In this document: positions 1-10,299 of the stretch, piece by piece
Position numbering within the stretch: position 1 is the first letter of the stretch
How the letters are laid out: each line of letters starts with the position of its first letter
Assembly: GCA_964419505.1 (NCBI GenBank)
Contig: CAYQPZ010000001.1
Coordinates: forward strand, 1 to 51,654
Direction: 5' to 3'
Length of the DNA: 51,654 nucleotides
Source of the DNA: an uncultured Candidatus Nitrosopelagicus sp.
Lineage (GTDB): Archaea; Thermoproteota; Nitrososphaeria; Nitrososphaerales; Nitrosopumilaceae
Notes under the pieces: generated by a model
What the model saw: only the letters and a program-made list of their open reading frames with translations
The model's database searches: none
Told to the model about the DNA's origin: nothing
Translations under genes and position numbers: made by a program

Positions 1-2
1 GA

Positions 3-1343
3 CTTGCAAATATGATAGTTACAAACAGATGTGATCTTACTTGTTGGTATTGTTTTTTCTATGTTAAGAAAGGTCTTGAAGGTGCATACATGTATGAACC
101 AAGTCATGACCAAGTACGTGCAATGATGAAAACACTAAGAGCAGAAAGACCAATACCAGGAAATTCTATGCAGATTACTGGTGGTGAACCAATGTTAAGA
201 GAGGACATTACAGATCTTATCAAAATAATGAAAGAAGAAGGAGTTGATCATATACAGATGAATACAAATGGAATTCGACATGCAATGGATCCAGAAGCAG
301 GACGTGACGTAAGAATGGCTGGTTGCAATAATCTTTATCTAAGTTTTGATGGTGTCACTGCAAGAACAAACCCAAAGAATCACTGGGAAATTCCTTATGC
401 ATTAGATACATGTAGAAAAACTGGTACTACTGTAGTTTTTGTTCCAACCGTAATCAAATCAATTAACGATCATGAATTAGGTGGTATTATCAGATATGCA
501 CAAAAGAACATGGATATAGTTCATGCAGTAAACTTCCAACCAGTATCACTTACTGGAAGAATGGGCAAAACTGAACGTCTCAAATACAGAATTACTGTCC
601 CAGATTGTATACAAAGAATTGAAGAACAAACAGATGGTCAAGTCACTGCTGATGATTGGTACCCAGTACCAAGTTGTATGCCACTAACCAACGTTATTGA
701 AGCATTTTCTAGTAAACCAAAATACGAATTATCAATTCACTTTGCATGCGGAGCAGGAACATATGTTTTTGAGGATGCAGATACAAAGAAATTTGTTCCA
801 ATGACGCGCTTCTGTGATCTTCAGGGCATGCTTGAATTGTTTGAAGACAAGTCAGAGCAGATTCACTCTGGAGCAAACAAGTACTTTACAATGCTTGAGG
901 TAGTTAGAAAACTCAAAGGTTTTGTTGATAAAGACAAACAGCCAGCAGGTTTGGATCTGGCAAAGATGTTTAGCAGCATATTGATGAAAAGATCATTTGA
1001 CGCTGTGGGTGGATTCCATGTAAAGGGCTTATTCTTAGGCATGATGCACTTCCAAGACAAATACAATGAGGATTTAGAACGACTACAGAGATGTGATATC
1101 CACTATGTCACTCCTGATCTCAGAATTGTTCCATTTTGTGCATTTAATGTAATTCCAGAATGGTATAGGGACAGAATTCAGAAGAAATATTCAATTACAG
1201 TAGAAGAGTGGGAGCAAAGAGAAGGAGTAAAACTCGAAGACGGCCTTTACAGAGGTCTTATGAGAAGAGGTGCAGGTGATGAACTTGCAGCAGGTTGTGC
1301 AAAAAGCGAGATGTTTCATCAAGCAGCACAAGCAACAATGTAA
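3..1343 (+). CDS. tes: Radical SAM tetraether (GDGT) lipid synthase, 5'-truncated by the window edge
   Basis: CxxxCxxC motif (CDLTCWYC), QITGGEP, and C-terminal RCDIHY...IVPFCAFN typical of the MJ0619/Tes family. The frame is open upstream of the ATG at 12. Confidence 0.8.
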   Translation, partial: LANMIVTNRCDLTCWYCFFYVKKGLEGAYMYEPSHDQVRAMMKTLRAERPIPGNSMQITGGEPMLREDITDLIKIMKEEGVDHIQMNTNGIRHAMDPEAGRDVRMAGCNNLYLSFDGVTARTNPKNHWEIPYALDTCRKTGTTVVFVPTVIKSINDHELGGIIRYAQKNMDIVHAVNFQPVSLTGRMGKTERLKYRITVPDCIQRIEEQTDGQVTADDWYPVPSCMPLTNVIEAFSSKPKYELSIHFACGAGTYVFEDADTKKFVPMTRFCDLQGMLELFEDKSEQIHSGANKYFTMLEVVRKLKGFVDKDKQPAGLDLAKMFSSILMKRSFDAVGGFHVKGLFLGMMHFQDKYNEDLERLQRCDIHYVTPDLRIVPFCAFNVIPEWYRDRIQKKYSITVEEWEQREGVKLEDGLYRGLMRRGAGDELAAGCAKSEMFHQAAQATM

Positions 1344-1371
1344 ATAGTTTTTTAAAAATTCTGATAGTAAC

Positions 1372-2430
1372 TTAATTAATTATTTTGTTTACATGTTCAC
1401 AGATAATTAAGATCTGTTCATCAGTCAACGATGGATATGATGGTAAAGACATTATCTCCTTAGAAAATTTTTCACTCTTGGGTAATTTGTAACCATATTC
1501 CTGATAGATAGGTTGTAAGTGAATTGGTGTATCGTAATATATTGCAGAACCAATATCATTATCTGTTAACTCTTGACGTATCTGATCTCTCTTTTCATGT
1601 TTTATTACAATTTGATGATATACTGATTTTCCATTTTCATTTTCTGGTAAAATACAATCATTAGCCAGATTTTTTCTATAAATTGAGACAATCTCTCTTC
1701 TCCTAGTATTTTTTTTATCAAGATGATTCAATTGGATTCTCCCAATTGCTGCATTAACTGTGTTTAACCTCATCGTAAATCCTAATTTATCAAATTCAGT
1801 CTTTGTTTTTCTGCCGTTATCTCGCATTGATTTTATTTTCAGTGCTATTTCCTCATTATCTGTAGTAGCCATACCACCATCACCAGCCACAGTCATGTTT
1901 TTAGTTGGATAAAACGAAAAACAACCTACATCACCAAGACCACCAACTTTTTTGCCATTGTACGTTGCCCCATGAGCTTGACACGCATCTTCTACAATCA
2001 GACTGTTTTCATTTTCAGCAAATTCCTTCACAGAGTCAAAATCACATGGGTTTCCATAAATGTGAACGGGGATAATTGCATCTGCAGTTTGTGTAACACT
2101 ACTAATATCAATTCCACCATCCCTCAAATCAATATCTGCTAGAATCGGTTTTGCATTTGCCATCCTAATGCAATTTGCTGAGGCAATAAACGAATTTGTT
2201 GGTGTTATGACCTTTGAATCATCTGAAATTCCAAGTGCCATTAGTGAAATTTGTAATGCAGCATTACCTGAGCTCACTGAGACTGCATATTTTGTTCCTA
2301 TATACTCAGCAAACTCTTCTTCAAACTTTGAGACGCTTTCACCACCAACGAATGATTCATTTCGTAATGCATGAATAGCAGCCTCCTCCATTTCAGCAGT
2401 AAATTCTTGAACAAAAAACGGTATTTTCAT
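1372..2430 (-). CDS. DegT/DnrJ/EryC1/StrS PLP-dependent sugar aminotransferase
   Basis: VSSGNAAL, IVEDACQAHGA, CFSFYPTKNM (PLP lysine), SLPSYP. Confidence 0.93.
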   Translation of the reverse strand: MKIPFFVQEFTAEMEEAAIHALRNESFVGGESVSKFEEEFAEYIGTKYAVSVSSGNAALQISLMALGISDDSKVITPTNSFIASANCIRMANAKPILADIDLRDGGIDISSVTQTADAIIPVHIYGNPCDFDSVKEFAENENSLIVEDACQAHGATYNGKKVGGLGDVGCFSFYPTKNMTVAGDGGMATTDNEEIALKIKSMRDNGRKTKTEFDKLGFTMRLNTVNAAIGRIQLNHLDKKNTRRREIVSIYRKNLANDCILPENENGKSVYHQIVIKHEKRDQIRQELTDNDIGSAIYYDTPIHLQPIYQEYGYKLPKSEKFSKEIMSLPSYPSLTDEQILIICEHVNKIIN

Positions 2431-2514
2431 ATTTTTTACCTATGAACCTAGTTTATTATTATTAGTATTCAATAATTCCATTAAACTATGTGTAATCTAA
2501 CAGTGTAAGTAGTT

Positions 2515-3558
2515 CTAAGGTTTTTTACCATTAACACTAATCCCACTTTCAATTTCATTAAAATGAACAATTCGTATCTTTGAATCTTTAAACCATTTTT
2601 TCACTTCTTTTGGATTATGTCTGTATGCATATTCAGGGAAATACCAATCAAAATTTGTTGCAACACTCTGTTCAAAAGGAACATCTTTTGACCACCAACA
2701 TTTCAGAAAATTCCAATAGATGAATCTCTGCACATCATAAGTACCTGCTTTAATCTGAAGCAGTGGGATATCCTTAGGGACTGTGATCGTTTTTTTAATT
2801 TTTGACAGGTTCTTTCCTAATAATGCCATATCTCTGGAGAATTCAATACATTGTTTTTCAGTCATTTTTACAGTAGATTTTCGTATAAAATTATCTGCAA
2901 ATTCACGCATTGGTCCTTTAATTTTGTAAACATAAATTGAAATCATACCTTTTTTTGCCAGAAGTTTTGTAAGCGCCTTAAACGAACTCTCTGTATTTTT
3001 TGTGTGGTGCAAAACCTGATCTGAACAAATGAAATCAAAGAAACCTTTCTTAAATGGAAGTCTTTGAATATCCGCTTGTAAAAAATGAATATTTGGTATT
3101 TTACCATATTTCTTGTTTGCAAATATTATACTTTCACTTGCATCAATAGCAAATACATCAGCTTTTTGATTTGATGAGAATAATTTTGCACTGTTACCAA
3201 CACCAGTTCCTGCGTCCAAAATCCTTGTACGTGTTTTTAGAAATTTATTAAGATTAGAAATTGTATTCCAACCAAATCTTTCTAAAAACCATTTCTTCTG
3301 ACCATCAACCCATTTCTTGTTATGGTATGTTTTGTTGTAATTTTTCCATTTTGATGAAAACGAGTTTTCAGTTTTTACAAAGGTTTTGGATTTATCTATA
3401 ACCAGCCTAGGGATGCCCTCCTTTATTGGGAATTTGTGATTCTTTTCACAAATCAAATTACCTTCTAAAATTTCATTTGATTTAGTTTTACTAGATTTTA
3501 CAGAAAACCTTTTGCTGCATATTGGACAAATTAGATACTGTGTTAGAGATTCTTTCAA
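2515..3558 (-). CDS. Trm112-like domain fused to a class I SAM methyltransferase
   Basis: N-terminal LICPIC...LICEKNHKFPIKEGIPRL; ILDAGTGVG SAM motif; FDFICSDQVLHH. Confidence 0.85.
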   Translation of the reverse strand: MKESLTQYLICPICSKRFSVKSSKTKSNEILEGNLICEKNHKFPIKEGIPRLVIDKSKTFVKTENSFSSKWKNYNKTYHNKKWVDGQKKWFLERFGWNTISNLNKFLKTRTRILDAGTGVGNSAKLFSSNQKADVFAIDASESIIFANKKYGKIPNIHFLQADIQRLPFKKGFFDFICSDQVLHHTKNTESSFKALTKLLAKKGMISIYVYKIKGPMREFADNFIRKSTVKMTEKQCIEFSRDMALLGKNLSKIKKTITVPKDIPLLQIKAGTYDVQRFIYWNFLKCWWSKDVPFEQSVATNFDWYFPEYAYRHNPKEVKKWFKDSKIRIVHFNEIESGISVNGKKP

Positions 3559-3628
3559 TTATATCCAAATAATAATTTCGGGGAATAAAAATCTGCAAGT
3601 AAAAAATTTGGCATATAATCAAAATCAG

Positions 3629-4861
3629 TCATATGCTAAGAACTGTATCTTCTTTCATTTCTTTTGTGATGAAAATTCTATACCAGACTTCAAATGCAAG
3701 TAATCCTAAGAATTTGTTGATAATTCTAACATCATGATTTTTCTCTAGTTTCCCAAAATTATCTCTAATCCAATCTTTATTGATCCATTTGTCTTCTACA
3801 ATTCTTGCGTTTTCTAGATAGTAATTACATAATTTTTTACCATGTGATTTCCAGAGATTTGTTGTATCTACTGAAAACCCCTGTTTTTTGCGTGTGATAA
3901 AACTAGGCTCAATGTATTTTGCCAAGATCTTTCTTAGTGGTAATTTACCAACATTTTCCTTTTTGCTATATTTTAGTGAATTATCCAGATGAGTAGAGTA
4001 TTTTATTAATTCTTTAGAAAGTAATGGTGTCACAGCTTTCATCTTAAAATATTGATGAAAAGCAGAATTCAAAGGAATCCAATTATAAAGTAATTTTCCA
4101 TTAATATCTGCCAAAAATACTTGATCAAGTGGTGTTAAACTGTTATCAAAGTAAGGAATAAGTTTTGAAAAAATTTCATTCCAAGAAAAACCAGTTTTTA
4201 TTCCAAACAGATTTTCTTGATCTAAAACCCAATCTCTTTCATGGCATTCTAAATATAATTTTGTTTTTTCAAGTGGGTTCATATTAGATTTATAATTTAA
4301 CAGAAATTTTTCATAACGAAATGTATAGCCTCCAAATAATTCATCACCACCATCTCCAGATACTAGGTGACTTGAAAATTGTTTTGCAGTTTTTACTATA
4401 TGATACCAATGAGTATCCCAAAAAGGCATTTTAATAATGCTAATTGCCTTTGGTAACTGTTCTAGAAAATTTTCAATTGGCACAATATGATGATTTGCAC
4501 TGACTTTATTTGCTACAGTTGTCGCAATTTGTGTCTCATCTATACTATCAGCAAATTTGACTGATATTGCTTCAATTTCAATATTTGGTAATGCCTTTCT
4601 AAGAAGCGCTATTAAGAGTACAGAGTCAACTCCACCGCTTAGTGCAACGGAGATTTTTTTCACACTAACTTCATTTTTTATTGTATTTAGAATTAAATTT
4701 TCAATATGTGATAAATGATCTGGATTATCTTTAGGCTGAAAATCACTAGCGGAAAACTTTATGCCACTTGTTTCTAGTGATGGATGGTATCTAAGACTAA
4801 GAATTTCCTTAATCATTATTGAAAAATTATTTGAATTTTCTTGTGTCATTCCTCTAAACAT
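3629..4861 (-). CDS. Asparagine synthase-like (AsnB C-terminal) amidotransferase lacking the glutaminase domain
   Basis: ALSGGVDS PP-loop, SGDGGDELFGGY, RKKQGF; no N-terminal Cys/Ntn domain. Confidence 0.85.
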   Translation of the reverse strand: MFRGMTQENSNNFSIMIKEILSLRYHPSLETSGIKFSASDFQPKDNPDHLSHIENLILNTIKNEVSVKKISVALSGGVDSVLLIALLRKALPNIEIEAISVKFADSIDETQIATTVANKVSANHHIVPIENFLEQLPKAISIIKMPFWDTHWYHIVKTAKQFSSHLVSGDGGDELFGGYTFRYEKFLLNYKSNMNPLEKTKLYLECHERDWVLDQENLFGIKTGFSWNEIFSKLIPYFDNSLTPLDQVFLADINGKLLYNWIPLNSAFHQYFKMKAVTPLLSKELIKYSTHLDNSLKYSKKENVGKLPLRKILAKYIEPSFITRKKQGFSVDTTNLWKSHGKKLCNYYLENARIVEDKWINKDWIRDNFGKLEKNHDVRIINKFLGLLAFEVWYRIFITKEMKEDTVLSI

Positions 4862-4912
4862 TGTTTCAATGTTGTGTTTTTATACAATTCGTAGCTTGAT
4901 TAATGGTTAAGA

Positions 4913-4918
4913 TTTAAA
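4913..4918 (+). promoter_or_regulatory. Putative archaeal TATA box (leaderless transcript)
   Basis: TTTAAA 24-29 nt upstream of the GTG start at 4942. Confidence 0.45.
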
Positions 4919-4941
4919 GAGATGAGTTAGTCAAGAAATTA

Positions 4942-5844
4942 GTGAAATTTGTAGTTACAGGCGGAGCAGGATTCATAGGAAGTTATATTGTAAAACATCT
5001 GCTTAAGCAGGGACATCAGGTCACAGTCATTGATAATTTCTGGCGAGGAAGATTAGAGAATCTTACCGGTCATGAAGAACAGATTGATTTACAAAAATTA
5101 GACATTCTTGATTTTAATTCTTTAAAAAATATAATCAGTAAATGTGATGGGATATTTCATCAGGCTGCACTTACTTCCGTGCCAGAATCATTCATTCAAA
5201 AGGAACGATATCATGACGTGAATGTAGTTGGTACCGAAAATATCTTCAAACTAGCAAAAGAATTCACAGTAAAAGTTGTGTATGCAAGTAGTTCTAGTGT
5301 ATACGGTAATACGGCATCAATTCCTATAAAGGAAAATTTTGAAAGAAAACCTATCAATCCATATGGTGTAACAAAATTAGATGATGAAAAACTAGCCGAA
5401 AAATATCATGATTTAGGAGTGTCGATTATAGGATTAAGATACTTCAACGTTTATGGAATCGGTCAAACAAATGATTATGCTGGTGTAATAACAAAGTTTC
5501 ATAATAAGATCCAGGCAGATAATTCTCCACTAATTCTTGGTGATGGTTCACAAGTACGTGATTTTGTTTCAGTAAACGACATTGCAAAGGCCAATCTATT
5601 AGCCATGCAAAGTGTCACAGATTTTTCATTTCTAAATATCGGTACTGGCATTCCGACATCAATTAAAGAATTAGCAAATTTAATGGTTAATCTTTCTGGA
5701 AAATCACTGGAGATTAAATTTGATAAATTACCTGAAGGTGATATAAAAGAGAGTCAAGCAGATGTCAGCCTTGCCAAAAAAATGATTAATTGGTCATATG
5801 AAACTACTCTAGAGGATGGATTAGAAAATTTCTTTTTTTCGTGA
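4942..5844 (+). CDS. NAD-dependent nucleotide-sugar epimerase/dehydratase (GalE/WbpP-like SDR)
   Basis: TGGAGFIG, ASSSSVYG, YGVTK (YxxxK), LRYFNVYG. Confidence 0.92.
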   Translation: MKFVVTGGAGFIGSYIVKHLLKQGHQVTVIDNFWRGRLENLTGHEEQIDLQKLDILDFNSLKNIISKCDGIFHQAALTSVPESFIQKERYHDVNVVGTENIFKLAKEFTVKVVYASSSSVYGNTASIPIKENFERKPINPYGVTKLDDEKLAEKYHDLGVSIIGLRYFNVYGIGQTNDYAGVITKFHNKIQADNSPLILGDGSQVRDFVSVNDIAKANLLAMQSVTDFSFLNIGTGIPTSIKELANLMVNLSGKSLEIKFDKLPEGDIKESQADVSLAKKMINWSYETTLEDGLENFFFS

Positions 5845-5854
5845 AATGATTTGC

Positions 5855-6805
5855 TTACGACCTTACCAGATCTTCATAAAATTTTACATACTTAGGAAGT
5901 AAAACCTCCCATGTCAAATTTTCTGTCACAAACTCATATCCTGCCTGGGCAATATTCTTAGCTTTTTCCTTATTTTCAAGTAATTCATTTACTGAGTTTA
6001 CTAATTGAATAGGATCATTTAGATCTACAAGTAGACCATTCTTTTCATGCTCAATTAATTCTGGAATACCACCAACTTTTGTAGCAACTACAGGGATGTT
6101 TAGAAAAAATGCCTCTTTGATGACTTGAGGAATACTTTCCATTCTTGATGGGACTACAAGTACACTTGATGCCTTAAGCTCAGCCATAGTTTCTTTCCAA
6201 TCTAAATCGGTACAATAGATAACATTCCCATTAATCTTTAATTCCAAATCTCTAAGAATATCTATTCCTTTTTCGTGACTATCTCTACCAATATAGATAA
6301 CTTGCTTTTCTTTTTTGGAAACATCAGGAAGATCATTGAATTTTGTGACATCTAACGGTGCATACAAAAACTCAAAATTAGCTCCTAATTTTTTTTTATA
6401 TGCTTCACTAACTGCTTTTGAATCTGTTGTTAATTTATCTGCCCACTTCAAGACTTTTGATTCAGTGACACTTGCAGCCTTTGTTGTGGTATCGGAATGC
6501 AATGAGTCGACCTGCTCTGAATATATTCCATGTACGGACAGAACTTTTTTCTTGGCTTTTGTATATTTCATTGCAAAAGCAGAAGGAATGTTAAATGCAT
6601 GAACTACATCATAGTTACCCCCACCAATTATAGCTTTGAGTGAACTAAGAACAGCAAAACTAGGATTTCTGAGTTTATCTATGGGTATATGTGATGTATG
6701 CATTAATTTTATATCAAAACCATACTCTCGTAATTTTTCCGCAACTCTAGCAGCATGACCGCCAATTCCACCTGTATATTTTGGAGCAATAAAAAGAATC
6801 TTCAT
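5855..6805 (-). CDS. Glycosyltransferase family 4
   Basis: GGIGGH, PSRMESIPQVIKEA, PVVATKVGGIPE. Confidence 0.9.
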   Translation of the reverse strand: MKILFIAPKYTGGIGGHAARVAEKLREYGFDIKLMHTSHIPIDKLRNPSFAVLSSLKAIIGGGNYDVVHAFNIPSAFAMKYTKAKKKVLSVHGIYSEQVDSLHSDTTTKAASVTESKVLKWADKLTTDSKAVSEAYKKKLGANFEFLYAPLDVTKFNDLPDVSKKEKQVIYIGRDSHEKGIDILRDLELKINGNVIYCTDLDWKETMAELKASSVLVVPSRMESIPQVIKEAFFLNIPVVATKVGGIPELIEHEKNGLLVDLNDPIQLVNSVNELLENKEKAKNIAQAGYEFVTENLTWEVLLPKYVKFYEDLVRS

Positions 6806-6894
6806 TTTTGATATTGATTATTTCATAATACATCCTTTAATGAATTTAGTAGTAGTTATTCTATACTCATAATAGTATCACCTGTAAACAAAAA

Positions 6895-7974
6895 TTGAAT
6901 TATATGAAAACCATGATAGTTTTGGGAACAAGACCTGAAATAATCAAACTTGCCCCAATTATCAAGAGATTAGGTACCAAGAAATGCTCTGTTATTTTTA
7001 CAGGTCAGCACTATGATTATCAAATGGGAATGCAGTTTATTCATCAATTAGAACTACCAAAACCAAATTATTCATTAAAAATCTCTAAATCAAATCCTCA
7101 ACTGCAAATTAGTGAAATTATAGCAAAATTATCAAAAATTCTATCAAAGGAAAAACCTGACACTGTAATGGTACAGGGTGATACTAACACAGTTTTAGCC
7201 GCAGGTATTTGTTCCCTAAAATCAAACATACCAATTAGTCATGTAGAGGCTGGATTACGTAGTAATGATTGGAGAATGCCAGAAGAGCATAACAGAATTG
7301 CAATTGATCATTTATCCGAATTACTATTTGCTCCTACACAAAATTCAAAAATCAATCTTATCTCTGAAAAAGTTCATGGTCAAATTCATGTCACTGGTAA
7401 TACAATCATTGACGCAATTAATACATACTCTAAAATTTCAAAAAAGAAATCTCAAATTTCTGTAGAAATGGATAATTTTGTTTTATTGACATTACATAGA
7501 TCAGAAAATGTAGATAATAAAAAAATACTAACTTCAATTGTTAAAGGACTTATTGATTCTAACGAAGACATTATTTTTCCAGTACATCCTCGTACTAGAA
7601 AGCGTTTAGTTGAATTTAATCTATACAATAAATTATTACGATCAAAAAATACACTCTTACTAAACTCTCTTGGATATTTTGATATGCTTGAACTTATGAA
7701 GCAATGTGAATTTATTGTCACTGATTCTGGTGGAATTCAAGAAGAAGCAACATCACCTCTAATTAGAAAAAAAGTGTTGGTAGTAAGAAAAACTACTGAT
7801 AGACCAGAGGCAATAGAATCAGGGATGGCGGAGCTTATAGGATTAAATGAAAAAACTATTTCTAAATCTATTAAAAAAACTATGAAAGATCCTAGAATTT
7901 CGTCAAGAAAGACACCTTATGGAAAAGGAGATGCAAGCAAAAAAATACTAAAAATTTTACAAAAACACTTTTAA
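6895..7974 (+). CDS. wecB: UDP-N-acetylglucosamine 2-epimerase (non-hydrolysing); start may be the ATG at 6904 or 6913
   Basis: GTRPEIIK, TGQHYD, QGDTNT, HVEAGLRS, PEEHNR, TDSGGIQEEA. Confidence 0.95.
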   Translation: MNYMKTMIVLGTRPEIIKLAPIIKRLGTKKCSVIFTGQHYDYQMGMQFIHQLELPKPNYSLKISKSNPQLQISEIIAKLSKILSKEKPDTVMVQGDTNTVLAAGICSLKSNIPISHVEAGLRSNDWRMPEEHNRIAIDHLSELLFAPTQNSKINLISEKVHGQIHVTGNTIIDAINTYSKISKKKSQISVEMDNFVLLTLHRSENVDNKKILTSIVKGLIDSNEDIIFPVHPRTRKRLVEFNLYNKLLRSKNTLLLNSLGYFDMLELMKQCEFIVTDSGGIQEEATSPLIRKKVLVVRKTTDRPEAIESGMAELIGLNEKTISKSIKKTMKDPRISSRKTPYGKGDASKKILKILQKHF

Positions 7975-9113
7975 TTTTTCTCTACTATTTCCAGAATATT
8001 TTTAATTATATTATCCCAAGAAAATTTTTCAACCATCAGGCGTGATTGACTCCCCATTTGGTTAATTTTTTCAGATTCATTTAGTAACGAACTAATTTTT
8101 CCAGCCAAATCTTCTGCACCATCAATAAAATATCCATTTTTTTCATTTACTAAAACATCATTTGGTAATGTTCCTTTCTGGGCAATTATAGGTAGTGATG
8201 TCGCCATGTACTCTAAGACTTTTATGGGTAGCGCTCTTGAAGTGACGTCTGTTAATCTTAAAGGTCCAATTCCAATTGCTGCATCTGAAATATTTTCAGG
8301 AATTTTTTCTCTTTCAATCCATCCTTTGAATTCTACAGAATTTTCTAATTTTTTTACCAAAACAATGTCTTTTAATTTTTCCAATTCACTTCCACTACCT
8401 AACAAAATAAATTTTGCGTCAGGGATCTTTTTAATTATTTTTGGTATTGCGTCAAGCAATACATCTAAACCTCTGTGGTGATACATAGCACCTACAAAAA
8501 CAACTTTTTTAGGATTTTTTTGTGATGAGGCATTAAATAATGAAAGATCTACACCATTTGGTATTATTGCAATTTTTTCTGGCAATACACCATATTCATT
8601 AATTATTATTTCAGAAGTATCATTATTTGATACTAATACTTTTGTGGCAGTTCGGAGTGTTTTACTGTTAATAATTTTTTCAATTTTGCGTTGTAGAGAT
8701 TTAATCCCAGTTGATCTTTCGTATATTGCATCATCTATTTTTACAATTGAGGGAATCTGTAATTCCTTTGCAGTTTCTACGGCGGCTTTAGGAACTAGAT
8801 GAAATGGATGGAAAATTGTAAAAACAAAATCAAATTTTTCTTGTTTTCCAATTTCTATTGCTTGTTTTTTCATATTTGCTTGACATCGTCTAGCAGCAAC
8901 CTTGATTCTGGATTTTGATGGTGTTTCTGTTCGTATTACTCTGATTTTTGAATCAATTTTTGGATCATATTGTTCACCGTTCCATTCAATATCTGGAGTA
9001 ATAACTGTGACATCATTTCCTGATTCCACAAATTTGTTTATAATATCTGTAATCACAACAACGCCCCCTCCACTTATTGGTGGAAAATGAAATACCATTA
9101 CTAGAATTCTCAC
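7971..9113 (-). CDS. Glycosyltransferase family 4
   Basis: HFPPISGGG, IPNGVD, LPIKVLEYMA. Confidence 0.9.
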   Translation of the reverse strand: MRILVMVFHFPPISGGGVVVITDIINKFVESGNDVTVITPDIEWNGEQYDPKIDSKIRVIRTETPSKSRIKVAARRCQANMKKQAIEIGKQEKFDFVFTIFHPFHLVPKAAVETAKELQIPSIVKIDDAIYERSTGIKSLQRKIEKIINSKTLRTATKVLVSNNDTSEIIINEYGVLPEKIAIIPNGVDLSLFNASSQKNPKKVVFVGAMYHHRGLDVLLDAIPKIIKKIPDAKFILLGSGSELEKLKDIVLVKKLENSVEFKGWIEREKIPENISDAAIGIGPLRLTDVTSRALPIKVLEYMATSLPIIAQKGTLPNDVLVNEKNGYFIDGAEDLAGKISSLLNESEKINQMGSQSRLMVEKFSWDNIIKNILEIVEKN

Positions 9114-9120
9114 TATCTTT

Positions 9121-10293
9121 ATGCTTTTTAAGCAACAAAAAAAGCATTACCTAACATTGCAATCACCTTATGAATTAACAAAAAACTGGCTAATCAATTC
9201 AGGGATTTTTGTATCTGATGTGTCAGATCCAAATTATGGGGGGGTTCATTCATTTTTTGATGAGAAAAAAAAGGAATTTTCTTTTTTGTATCCAGAAATT
9301 ACAGGATATTTTATCAGTACAATGCGATTTTTGTATGAACATGAAAAAAATGAGAAATTTATAGAATTAGCAAAAGCATCAAGCAATTGGATTATTAGAT
9401 TATATGAAAAATATGGAGGAATAATTCAAGGTATTTCCACTCAAGGCCTACCTCAAAAACTCATTTATTCATTTGATACTGGTGTTTGTACTAAAGGTCT
9501 GTTAGATTGTTTTGCCATTACAAAAGAGGAGAAATTTCTCGAGTATGCTAAAAAATTAAATCAATGGATTTTAGATGAAACTATACAAAGTAGTGGTTTG
9601 GTAAATCCTGTAAAGAATTTAGAAACAAATGAATTTGAAGAGGATTCTCAAGTTTGGTATAAAAGATCTGGATGTTTACATATAAAATTAACAATACCAT
9701 TATTGCACCTTTATAGAATTACTAATGATGAAATCCTACTTACTACTGCAAAGAATATAGCAAACTCCATCAGTAAATATCAGAATCCTGACGGTAGTAT
9801 TTTACTACATAAAGATAATAAAATCATTAATTTACACACTTTGTTTTATGCCTTGGAAGGGTTAATTTATGCCTACAATGTCACAGGTGATGAAAATTAT
9901 CTTTCTTGCTGTAAAAACGCTATTAGTTGGTGTGAAAAAAAGATAGAAGATGATGGTAGTATTGATTTATGGTTTAATTCAAAGCATCATTCAAAGTCAA
10001 GCTATCCAATAGCACAATTGATCAGACTAAAAGTCATTTTAGCTAAACTCGATGGAGTAAATCTAGATGAAAATACACAAAAATTAAAATCATTTTTGTT
10101 ATCATTGCAAGCACAGAGTACTGATCAAAAAGTAAATGGTGGATTCTATGAGGAGTTTAGTAAATCAACTTTTGGATGGAAAAAAACACTAAAAGTAAAT
10201 TCGTGGGCATCTATGTTTTCGTTACAAGCACAATATTGGTTAAACAATTTTTCAAATATTGAACTAAAAGAAGAATGTGAACTTCTTTTTTGA
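9121..10293 (+). CDS. Predicted (alpha/alpha)-barrel protein of glycan clusters (AglQ-/epimerase-like); likely start is the TTG at 9157
   Basis: YPEITGY, YSFDTG, QNPDGS/EDDGS repeats, LHTLFYALEGL, GGF, WASMF; no signal peptide. Confidence 0.55.
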   Translation: MLFKQQKKHYLTLQSPYELTKNWLINSGIFVSDVSDPNYGGVHSFFDEKKKEFSFLYPEITGYFISTMRFLYEHEKNEKFIELAKASSNWIIRLYEKYGGIIQGISTQGLPQKLIYSFDTGVCTKGLLDCFAITKEEKFLEYAKKLNQWILDETIQSSGLVNPVKNLETNEFEEDSQVWYKRSGCLHIKLTIPLLHLYRITNDEILLTTAKNIANSISKYQNPDGSILLHKDNKIINLHTLFYALEGLIYAYNVTGDENYLSCCKNAISWCEKKIEDDGSIDLWFNSKHHSKSSYPIAQLIRLKVILAKLDGVNLDENTQKLKSFLLSLQAQSTDQKVNGGFYEEFSKSTFGWKKTLKVNSWASMFSLQAQYWLNNFSNIELKEECELLF

Positions 10294-10299
10294 ACTGAC

